Positions 27,425-34,889 are shown, counted from the stretch's first letter. The stretch: DNA of 64,000 nucleotides from Minisyncoccia bacterium (GCA_038215155.1 JBBQRF010000001.1:54042-118041); one strand, 5' to 3'. Numbers and translations: made by a program. The notes: a model not told the origin generated them from the sequence alone.

Positions 27425-28453
27425 TCAGTTTTTTAAAACGTCTGAAACCGAAAGACGCGGACTATGTGGTTGCGAAGTGATTGCGCGGCCTACTCGAAAT
27501 ATAAATTGACTATGAAAACCGGGCTTTATAAAAAAATTTAATTTTTCTCGATAATTCGGAGACAAGATGGGTGCTGCCCATACTGCCGTTTTTAAATTGA
27601 ATTGTTCTGCAATTAAGGCGATTCTTTCATAGCATTCCCCCACCTTTATCCAATCAACTTTTGTATCCGTCATGGAACTTAACAAAATATAAGCTGGAGT
27701 ACCGTCAGTGAGTATTTTTAAAGTCGAAGACTTATTAAGGCGATCCATATTAAAAAATTTTACTAAATTAGGAACAATAAAAGATGGTAATAGAGGTATA
27801 CCCATCCCAAATGCAGGGATACCAATTTTGGATTTTGTTATATTATTTTTCACATATGGACTGAGTTCTCGTCGAAATTTTGAATTGTCCATTAATTCTA
27901 TATTTGAACTAACTATTATATCCGCAATTCCCTCTTTATCTGTATGGCCGTCAACAACGTTTATATTCATCTTAGGATTATCCAACTGAGAAAGTGCTTC
28001 TCTAAATTCTATAGAAAGTGGCTCCCTATGATAATTACTACGATTTACAGATCTTTTTACAATTGAAAAAATCAAGTGAGAAGAATTTTTTCGTATTGCG
28101 GTTTCGTCGAAACGAATGATGGCGACTAGATTTTCATGTATTGCATCAGGAAGATAAGAGACGTCGTATGATAGGCCGTAGTAATCTGCGGCTACACGTA
28201 TGTTTTCGATAGCACACCCCAAATTCATCAATAATAATCTATTATCAGGGTCACCCACCTTTAATTTTCGGAGAGAATTTTGGTAAATAAAAATACTTTG
28301 GTCGCGTATTTCAAAAATCCATGGCTGACTGTTATGACTCGAGGGCGCTAGAACTGCAAAATTAATTAGGAAATGTAATTTTTCTTTCCACGTGCGGCAC
28401 TCTTCGTATTTAGCAAAGTCAATGTCCCAAGGTTTATAATTTTCCTTTTCCAT
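27425..28453 (-). CDS. Acg-type nitroreductase-fold (FMN) protein
   Basis: Start trimmed to MEKENYKPW (28453), 4 nt after the upstream stop. APSSHNSQPWIFEI motif. About 340 aa, the two-lobed nitroreductase size typical of the Acg family. Confidence 0.8.
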   Translation of the reverse strand: MEKENYKPWDIDFAKYEECRTWKEKLHFLINFAVLAPSSHNSQPWIFEIRDQSIFIYQNSLRKLKVGDPDNRLLLMNLGCAIENIRVAADYYGLSYDVSYLPDAIHENLVAIIRFDETAIRKNSSHLIFSIVKRSVNRSNYHREPLSIEFREALSQLDNPKMNINVVDGHTDKEGIADIIVSSNIELMDNSKFRRELSPYVKNNITKSKIGIPAFGMGIPLLPSFIVPNLVKFFNMDRLNKSSTLKILTDGTPAYILLSSMTDTKVDWIKVGECYERIALIAEQFNLKTAVWAAPILSPNYREKLNFFIKPGFHSQFIFRVGRAITSQPHSPRLSVSDVLKN

Positions 28454-28457
28454 ATAA

Positions 28458-30023
28458 TTATTTTTTAACCCACCGTTGTTTGCCTTGTGAATTAAAATAT
28501 TTTGAATGTTGGTAAGGCCACCCAATAATTAACGGAATTACTTTTGAGGGTTCGGTTGAATAAAGATAAGCATATTCTGAATTGTGAGTTCGCAAACCCA
28601 GTATTATAGATTCGGTAATTTGTTTTTTTAATTTGGGATTCCAGCGTATTCCTTTTTTAAGTTCAACGTGTATTTCCAGTATTCTATCCATTTTTTTGTT
28701 CTCACGTTTCATCATGGTAGCCTTTCCTGTTAGATAGCGATTTAAAGGATAGCTGTCGATAATAGACCTAATTTCCTCCGGATAAATGTTTGCACCTCTA
28801 AAAACCATACCTAAGTCTGACCGTGCATAGACATAAACAAAGGGCAACTTTAATATTTGATCAAATATTTTATATTTTAAAATTTCCTTCTCGATACTAA
28901 TTCCACTTTTTTTTAACTTTCTCATCATTTCGTCATAAGTAATCACACCCCCAAGATCTGCAAACTCGTAACGAATAAGCGGAATAGAAGAGCCATAATT
29001 AGTGGCTACTACTTTTTTTCCAACCTCCTCAAAAAAAATACTTTGCGGGTAATATTGACCTATTGTCGGAATATTGGTGGCATGTGGAAAGATGGATAAA
29101 AAAACTTTCGGATTTTCATTGGCAATTTTTCGGATTAAGTTAGACAAGGATGTTTCATGCGCAATCGTTCCTTGTTCAACGGTACCGTAAATATTGATAA
29201 TATCGTTTAAAGGGTTTTTTAACCCAGATTTTTTGACAATATAATTGCGGAATTCCTCGGAATACCCTTCCGCAGCAGTTAAAATACGTAAATTATGTTT
29301 AGACCAATGAATGCCTGCCTCCTTTCCACTATCTAAAATATCTTTTATGAAAGGTGGGTAGCCCATCAAGATAACTTGATCATAAAAAGGAGCGAACTTT
29401 TTAAACGACTGAAGATATAACTCTTTGTTTGTGCCGACCGGTACAAGTGTAAAATCATAACCTTTCTGGGCAATTTTGTTGAAATTCTTGTAGGTAAAGA
29501 TGCCGCCAATCCAAATACCAAGTCCAAAGCCCACTATGCCTAGGGTGCGCTTCTTATCTAATTCAAATTGATTGATTAAAAAAATCTCCGATGCGTGCTC
29601 ATATTGACGATCGTGGTCCTCATCGCGCGGAAAGAAAAAAGGCTCACCAGTAGATCCTGAAGTGGCTGAGATTGTCGTTGCCACGGAGACATCTCGATTT
29701 GGAAAAAGGTCAAGATAATCGTGGCTACGGAGATAAGCGTCCTTTGAAAGAAGCGGTAGTTTATGAAAATCCTTGATAGTGGAAATCCGTCCCTTGAATC
29801 CTTGTTTTCTAATAAATTGGCGATAGGCGGGAACGGTTTCGTAAACATACTTAAATAAATTTATAGCCATATTTTCCCCCTGCCTCTTCCAATATGCTGC
29901 GGGCCGTCTTTTGTAATATGCCAAAGATTTCTCAATCTTGGGAGGAACGAAGTGGGCAAATTTATTTTTCTTTTTGGGGCTAGGCATAGGAATTAAAAAT
30001 CTTTTCGGCCATGATATTGGCAA
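28458..30023 (-). CDS. PaaK / coenzyme-F390-synthetase-like adenylate-forming enzyme
   Basis: P-loop-like SATSGSTGEPFFFPR and the overall length and layout of the phenylacetate-CoA ligase family. The start is uncertain: 30023, 29987 (8-nt overlap with the upstream stop) or 29870. Confidence 0.75.
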   Translation of the reverse strand: MPISWPKRFLIPMPSPKKKNKFAHFVPPKIEKSLAYYKRRPAAYWKRQGENMAINLFKYVYETVPAYRQFIRKQGFKGRISTIKDFHKLPLLSKDAYLRSHDYLDLFPNRDVSVATTISATSGSTGEPFFFPRDEDHDRQYEHASEIFLINQFELDKKRTLGIVGFGLGIWIGGIFTYKNFNKIAQKGYDFTLVPVGTNKELYLQSFKKFAPFYDQVILMGYPPFIKDILDSGKEAGIHWSKHNLRILTAAEGYSEEFRNYIVKKSGLKNPLNDIINIYGTVEQGTIAHETSLSNLIRKIANENPKVFLSIFPHATNIPTIGQYYPQSIFFEEVGKKVVATNYGSSIPLIRYEFADLGGVITYDEMMRKLKKSGISIEKEILKYKIFDQILKLPFVYVYARSDLGMVFRGANIYPEEIRSIIDSYPLNRYLTGKATMMKRENKKMDRILEIHVELKKGIRWNPKLKKQITESIILGLRTHNSEYAYLYSTEPSKVIPLIIGWPYQHSKYFNSQGKQRWVKK

Positions 30024-31068
30024 TAATATTAGGCGCGGTATTTTCTTTTTTGCTTTTTCTTAAAATATTTTGAAGGGTGTTAGGGATTTCCAACACTTGT
30101 TTTAGTACTTTATTTTCACGATATGTCTTATTCTTAAATTCATCGAAAACAGCAATGAGGCCGCCGGCATTAATGACGTAGTCGGGCGCGTATAGAATAT
30201 CCAATTTGTGGAGCAGTACTCCGATATTTTCATTGGCTAATTGGTTGTTGGCACTACCGGCTATGATTTTAGCTCTAATTTCGGTAATAGTCATTGAGCT
30301 AAGGGAGCCGCTCAGGGCACACGGAGAGAAGACGTCGACATTTTGTTTATGAATTTCTTCCGGCTTTACTATAATCACTTTTGGAAATTTGCGGCGGCAA
30401 AGAGCAATGGCTTTTGGATCGATGTCAGCTCCATAAATTTTCCCCGCTTCAATTCCAGATTTCTTCATTTCTTTCTCAATCAAGGTAAGAAGGGCGTTTC
30501 CAACCTTACCTAACCCTTGGATAGCGAAACTCCTTCCTTCAAAAGAGGTATTGCCATAAATCTCTTTTAAGCAAACTTTTATTGATTCGAAAATGCCGAC
30601 TGCTGTTAAAAAGGTGGCATTGTCATTGAAACCGACTATTTGATTTTTAGCAGCCTTCATTGAATTGAGGTCGCGTCTAAAGACGCCGGCATCCGTCCCG
30701 GTGACGAAGTGAGTAGAGAGAAAGGCTACTTTTTCGGCGTAACTTCTGAAGAGCTCCTTTCGCTTTTTTTCATCTCTATTCCCCACCTTATCAATGATCA
30801 CTCCCTTGGCGCCGCCACAATCAAGTCCTGCCATGGCGGATTTATATGACATAAGGCGAGATAAGCGAAGAGCATCCTGAAGTGCCTCGTTCAGTGAGCC
30901 GTATTGCCACAAACGTGTAGCGCCGAAAGATGGAATGGAAGGATTAGAACGATGAATAACAATAAATCCTTCTAGTCCGGAAGCTTCATCCTGAAGGTAG
31001 GCCACGAAACGATGATCATCAAACTCTGAAAAATCCTTTATGCTTTTTTCAGCTAAAAAGTCGGGCAT
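29980..31068 (-). CDS. Glu/Leu/Phe/Val dehydrogenase-family protein (Leu/Phe-DH-like)
   Basis: Catalytic-lysine region MSYKSAMAGLDCGGAKGVI and the NAD Rossmann motif IQGLGKVGNAL. About 360 aa, as in LeuDH/PheDH. Confidence 0.8.
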   Translation of the reverse strand: MPDFLAEKSIKDFSEFDDHRFVAYLQDEASGLEGFIVIHRSNPSIPSFGATRLWQYGSLNEALQDALRLSRLMSYKSAMAGLDCGGAKGVIIDKVGNRDEKKRKELFRSYAEKVAFLSTHFVTGTDAGVFRRDLNSMKAAKNQIVGFNDNATFLTAVGIFESIKVCLKEIYGNTSFEGRSFAIQGLGKVGNALLTLIEKEMKKSGIEAGKIYGADIDPKAIALCRRKFPKVIIVKPEEIHKQNVDVFSPCALSGSLSSMTITEIRAKIIAGSANNQLANENIGVLLHKLDILYAPDYVINAGGLIAVFDEFKNKTYRENKVLKQVLEIPNTLQNILRKSKKENTAPNIIANIMAEKIFNSYA

Positions 31069-31073
31069 AGTGT

Positions 31074-32153
31074 TTAAGCGTGAGTTGAATGAGTAATGTC
31101 TGTGGGTGAAATATAACTTCGAATATCTAAATCAGTACTTTCTCCAGAGACGACTTTCTTCAGCATGGCAGTTACGACGACGCCGCCTAAAATTGCGGCG
31201 GAGCCAAGCTGAGGCCAAGAAACAAGTTCCTTGGAAATTACACGGGGTACAGCCATCATCATGTTGGGGTCCACTTTGTCGGGTCCTCCGACAATATCTC
31301 CGATAATCATTTTGCCCGCCATTTCTTTAGTGAAAGGGCCAGCAGCCAATTTCTTTTTAAAATATTCGACGTCTTTGCCCCATATCTTGGTGTTGCCTAA
31401 ATCGTATCTTTCAACATGGAGAACTACGCCGTCGCCATTATCGGTCACCATTAATACGGCTTTTTTATATTTTATGGCAAGGAGGCGGGCATGAATTTTA
31501 AATGGCATATCATCAATTTCCTCAACAATGCAGTCAATCTTCCCCGCTTTCAATAATTCTTCTAAGTTATCTTCGTTTACGCCATCTTTCAATAACGTTA
31601 CTTCCGCAAAAGGATTGTCTTCGTAGATGCGGCGAGCGGCAATGATGGTCTTGTTGATACCTATCTGATGAGCACCTGCTAAGATTCTGTTTAAATTAGT
31701 GGTGTCGAGCTCGTCGAAATCAGCTAAGACGATCTTATTTGAGATTCCAGCTTGAGTCATGACGAAAGCAATGTTAGAGCCAACACTCATTCCAAGGACA
31801 GCTACTTTATAATCCCGTAATTTTTTCTGAAGATCGGGTGATATTAGTCCGTCGTTTCTGTTAGTCTTCAGGCGATAGTAGTTGTCGGCTTTAACTGTTT
31901 TGATTAAATGATGATTCCATGGGAAATAAACGTGAATAAAATCGTCCTTTTTATCATCGGTGTATTTTTTGAAGTCATCGGTCTTGTAGACTTCTTCTTT
32001 GTCTTGGCCGATGAATGAATGATTATCAATAAAGAACAATTCTTTTAGCTGACGATCAAAAGCGTCAACAACAGTGATATAGGAGTGCTGATTTAGAAAT
32101 TCTTCTACCTTCTCCGAGCTTTCAAAATAAAGCGGTTTTTCAGAAGTGTCCAT
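31074..32153 (-). CDS. ThiF/E1-like adenylyltransferase with an approximately 110-aa N-terminal extension
   Basis: KVAVLGMSVGSNIAFVMTQAGISNKIVLADFDELDTTNLNR matches the ThiF/MoeB Rossmann plus NLxR motif. There is only one Cys, so no CxxC zinc pairs. It resembles the N-terminal half of Rv1355c-family proteins as I remember them. Confidence 0.75.
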   Translation of the reverse strand: MDTSEKPLYFESSEKVEEFLNQHSYITVVDAFDRQLKELFFIDNHSFIGQDKEEVYKTDDFKKYTDDKKDDFIHVYFPWNHHLIKTVKADNYYRLKTNRNDGLISPDLQKKLRDYKVAVLGMSVGSNIAFVMTQAGISNKIVLADFDELDTTNLNRILAGAHQIGINKTIIAARRIYEDNPFAEVTLLKDGVNEDNLEELLKAGKIDCIVEEIDDMPFKIHARLLAIKYKKAVLMVTDNGDGVVLHVERYDLGNTKIWGKDVEYFKKKLAAGPFTKEMAGKMIIGDIVGGPDKVDPNMMMAVPRVISKELVSWPQLGSAAILGGVVVTAMLKKVVSGESTDLDIRSYISPTDITHSTHA

Positions 32154-32273
32154 ATAGATATTATATAACAGATATAAAATAATGGCTCGGACGGGGATAA
32201 TCCGCTATAGATGATACAATGCGTCTTAAATTTATCAATGATAATTATCTCACAAGTATATACTTATAAAGAT

Positions 32274-32789
32274 CTAGTCTTTCCTTTTAAAAATAAACCT
32301 AATAATATGCCAAAATTTAACTTCCCCTCTCATGGTCTTACCATATCCCTCGGTGACGGATTTTTCGATGAGAGATAGGTTAAGAGAATCAATACAAGGA
32401 AGGATTTCCGGAAGATCGAAAAATGACATATTTTTATTGCCCATCCACTCGTCATGGGGACCGAAAAGGCTGAAATACATTACTCCATTAAGAGCTAATC
32501 CCTTTGACATATTAGCCAATATTTTCTTGACCTTTTCTTTATCGGAAATGAAAGAGAGGGTGTTATTGCAGATAATAACATTATATTTTTCAGGTTCGAT
32601 GTGAAAGTTCGTTATATCTGTTCTAATTGCTGATCTATATTCACTCCGAACATCTACGGAAATGACTTTGTAACCAAGTTTTTTAAAATACTCGGAATCA
32701 TCACCTGCTCCACACCCTAGATCAAGCATGTTACCGCTGTCTTTGATCAAGTCGAGCTCGATCATTTTGTTTATATAATGTTTTACCAT
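32274..32789 (-). CDS. small class-I SAM-dependent methyltransferase (TehB-like size)
   Basis: Motif I LDLGCGAGDD, an acidic residue after beta-2 (ISVDV), and NNTLSF. 171 aa. Confidence 0.8.
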   Translation of the reverse strand: MVKHYINKMIELDLIKDSGNMLDLGCGAGDDSEYFKKLGYKVISVDVRSEYRSAIRTDITNFHIEPEKYNVIICNNTLSFISDKEKVKKILANMSKGLALNGVMYFSLFGPHDEWMGNKNMSFFDLPEILPCIDSLNLSLIEKSVTEGYGKTMRGEVKFWHIIRFIFKRKD

Positions 32790-32804
32790 TTTGCTTATTT
32801 AAAA

Positions 32805-32843
32805 AATTGCCCGTACTACTTGTTATGGTGAGCACGGGCAATT
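32805..32843 (-). terminator. hairpin plus T-run between the Cys-tail protein gene and the methyltransferase gene
   Basis: aattgcccgt (32805-32814) pairs with acgggcaatt (32834-32843) across a 19-nt loop, followed on the minus strand by TTTT(TT). The large loop lowers confidence. Confidence 0.45.
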
Positions 32844-32860
32844 GAGTGGTTATAGACAGA

Positions 32861-33376
32861 CTACGTGTTGGCGCAGTTGTGGCAACTCTTGCAGGACATA
32901 CATGAACCACAATCGCCACTTGGTTCTCCGGAATTACCCCAATTTTCGGAGATGACACCGAAAGTTGAGACTGCGACTGATGCCGCATTCAGGACTTTCC
33001 CTTCAAGTGATTCTCCACGACGACGCGGGCGATGATGGATGAAACGTCCAAATCTGGTTAAGCAAAACTCCTCGTAATCCAGAGTGAACAGGATGAAGTT
33101 ATGCCACATCTCATCAATCTTCGGTGGAGGAGCTATGGGCGTCGTGTTGGTAGCGCAGAGATACAAATATAGTTTTGTATCCTCGAAGCAGTGTACTGCA
33201 TCCTCTTCTTTCCATCCGTACTTATCCACCATGCGATGAATCAACGGAAGGAAAATGAATGCCAGAACATACTTAAGATCGACTCGAGACGCTGACTGAT
33301 CGTTAATCTCTCTGTCTTCTTTATCGGCCCGTGTACGCTTCGCACCCGTTTTAGGGGGTACAGCTATTGTTTTCAT
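32861..33376 (-). CDS. DUF1399/GRDP-like domain protein with a C-terminal CxxCxxCxxCxxC tail
   Basis: WKEEDAVHCFEDTKLYLYL...IDEMWHNFILFTLDYEEFC...FGRFIHHRP matches my memory of the W..A...Y.RFL / D..WH.HiL.T..Y..fC / HH.P family. The last 18 aa are GDCGSCMSCKSCHNCANT (checked codon by codon, 32864-32917). Confidence 0.6.
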   Translation of the reverse strand: MKTIAVPPKTGAKRTRADKEDREINDQSASRVDLKYVLAFIFLPLIHRMVDKYGWKEEDAVHCFEDTKLYLYLCATNTTPIAPPPKIDEMWHNFILFTLDYEEFCLTRFGRFIHHRPRRRGESLEGKVLNAASVAVSTFGVISENWGNSGEPSGDCGSCMSCKSCHNCANT

Positions 33377-33428
33377 AATGAACCTTTCTTTTTTGTGTGT
33401 TCGATTTGAGTTAACACAATCTGGAATT

Positions 33429-33456
33429 AGTATAATAAAGAAAAGTGATAAGTCAA
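33429..33456 (-). promoter_or_regulatory. candidate promoter of the Cys-tail protein gene
   Basis: On the minus strand: TTGACT (33451-33456), 16 nt, TATACT (33429-33434), about 50 nt upstream of the ATG at 33376. Confidence 0.45.
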
Positions 33457-33614
33457 GTAGTTATTAGAGGCTGGGGTATTTATTAGCTTAGCTTCATAAA
33501 AAAGGATTCTGACCCCTTAATGACGTTTTTTCTGCTTTAGCTTTAGCTGGAGGCATTTAGTGTTTAACTTTTACTATAAGAATCCTCATTTACAAGGTTT
33601 TTTCATTTCACCTG

Positions 33615-33644
33615 TTAGACATTTTCAGTGGCAAACCTTATCAT
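33615..33644 (+). promoter_or_regulatory. candidate promoter of the M16 protease gene (leaderless geometry)
   Basis: TTAGAC (33615-33620), 18 nt, TATCAT (33639-33644), 6 nt, ATG (33651). Confidence 0.4.
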
Positions 33645-33650
33645 GTGTAA

Positions 33651-34859
33651 ATGAAAGAATTTCATCTGGAAGACATTCCTGTACGGTTTCACCAAAAAAA
33701 AGATGCTCCAATTTATATCAGAGTTCAGTTTTTGGCTGGAAGTCGCTTTGACGAAAAGGAAGGTACTGCCCACTTTCTAGAACATATGATGTGCGCAGGC
33801 AGCCAAAAATTTACCACCAAGAATTTATTGGCTGAATACATAGAAGCTGTGGGTGGAAATTTCGCCTTAAGCACTAGTAGTGATTATATTAATATTGATA
33901 TCCAGGTTCCGACAAAAGATGAGATGAAGATTGCGGTGGTGATATTAGATGAAATGGTGAATCATTCGCTTTTTGAGCCCGCAACCTTAGAGACTGAGAG
34001 GGGCTCAATCTTGTCCGAACAAGTTATAGCCAAAAATGCACAACGTTCTTATATTCATACAGTATTCAAGAAATTAGCCTATCAAAAAACTGATATTGCA
34101 AAAAATGTCCTCGGAACCAAGGAGTCTGTGATGACTATAACCACGGAGGATCTAAAAAAACACAGGACCAAATATATCCATAGGCAGACTTTAAAAATCT
34201 TAGTTGTGGGAGATATTAGTGAGGAAGAACTCATAAAGGAAATGCGAGGTATAAATTGGGCAACTGGTCCATGTTTTATCGTGGTTAATTTACCCATAGT
34301 AGCAAATCAATTATTTGTCCTTGAAATTTATAATTCAAAAGAGGCTACCCTTCGAGCCGGTTTTAGATTAAGTACTTTTGATATTAAGAATCGAATCTGT
34401 GGGGATATTCTCGCGGAGTTTTTAGGCAGTAGTCGAAGTGGCATTTTAAGTCAAGAACTGCGATATAAAAGAGGTCTGATCTATTCCGCTTCCGCACACC
34501 ATTTTCAATCGATTGATGGGGGTACTTTTTCTGTTACTACCTCCACCGAGGTTAAAAATTTTGCCGAAGTTTTGTCCGTCATTAAACAGATCATAGAAGA
34601 TCTGATCGCTCAGGGAATTCCCGCCTCCACATTGAAATATATAAAATCTAAAATATTAAAATCTATGAAAATAGATTTACAGACCTCTAAAGCTTGGGTG
34701 AATTATATTGAGAATTATGATTTAGAAGAAACAAGCAGATACTTAGAGGATATAAGTGAAGGGGATATAAAAAATTATATCAATCAAAATTTTGCTATAG
34801 ATAAATTTTTTGTGGCCGTGTGCGGTCCAGAAGATCTTAGGATGATTTTAGAAAAGTAG
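33651..34859 (+). CDS. M16 (pitrilysin/insulinase) family zinc peptidase
   Basis: Inverted zinc motif HFLEHM (HxxEH) with a downstream Glu (LETERGSILSE). 402 aa with two M16 lobes. Confidence 0.85.
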   Translation: MKEFHLEDIPVRFHQKKDAPIYIRVQFLAGSRFDEKEGTAHFLEHMMCAGSQKFTTKNLLAEYIEAVGGNFALSTSSDYINIDIQVPTKDEMKIAVVILDEMVNHSLFEPATLETERGSILSEQVIAKNAQRSYIHTVFKKLAYQKTDIAKNVLGTKESVMTITTEDLKKHRTKYIHRQTLKILVVGDISEEELIKEMRGINWATGPCFIVVNLPIVANQLFVLEIYNSKEATLRAGFRLSTFDIKNRICGDILAEFLGSSRSGILSQELRYKRGLIYSASAHHFQSIDGGTFSVTTSTEVKNFAEVLSVIKQIIEDLIAQGIPASTLKYIKSKILKSMKIDLQTSKAWVNYIENYDLEETSRYLEDISEGDIKNYINQNFAIDKFFVAVCGPEDLRMILEK

Positions 34860-34889
34860 CCCCCAACATTTAAGTTGAGAGGCTAGTCT

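Noticed and set aside
32731-32988. Track ORF 32731-32988 (85 aa), which bridges the methyltransferase gene start and the Cys-tail gene end. Similar cases are 29576-29848, 31106-31494, 33560-33751 and 36625-36894.
   Set aside because: All are out-of-frame or antisense overlaps of genes with clear family motifs. One of them also runs through the hairpin at 32805-32843.
27425-33376. Calling the island a canonical TOMM/azole RiPP cluster or a microcin-C-like (MccB) cluster.
   Set aside because: No YcaO cyclodehydratase is present, so it is not a canonical TOMM. The candidate substrates do not end in Asn (…CANT, …HFCG, …HDPS), as MccA-type peptides do. The resemblance is only at the level of enzyme superfamilies.
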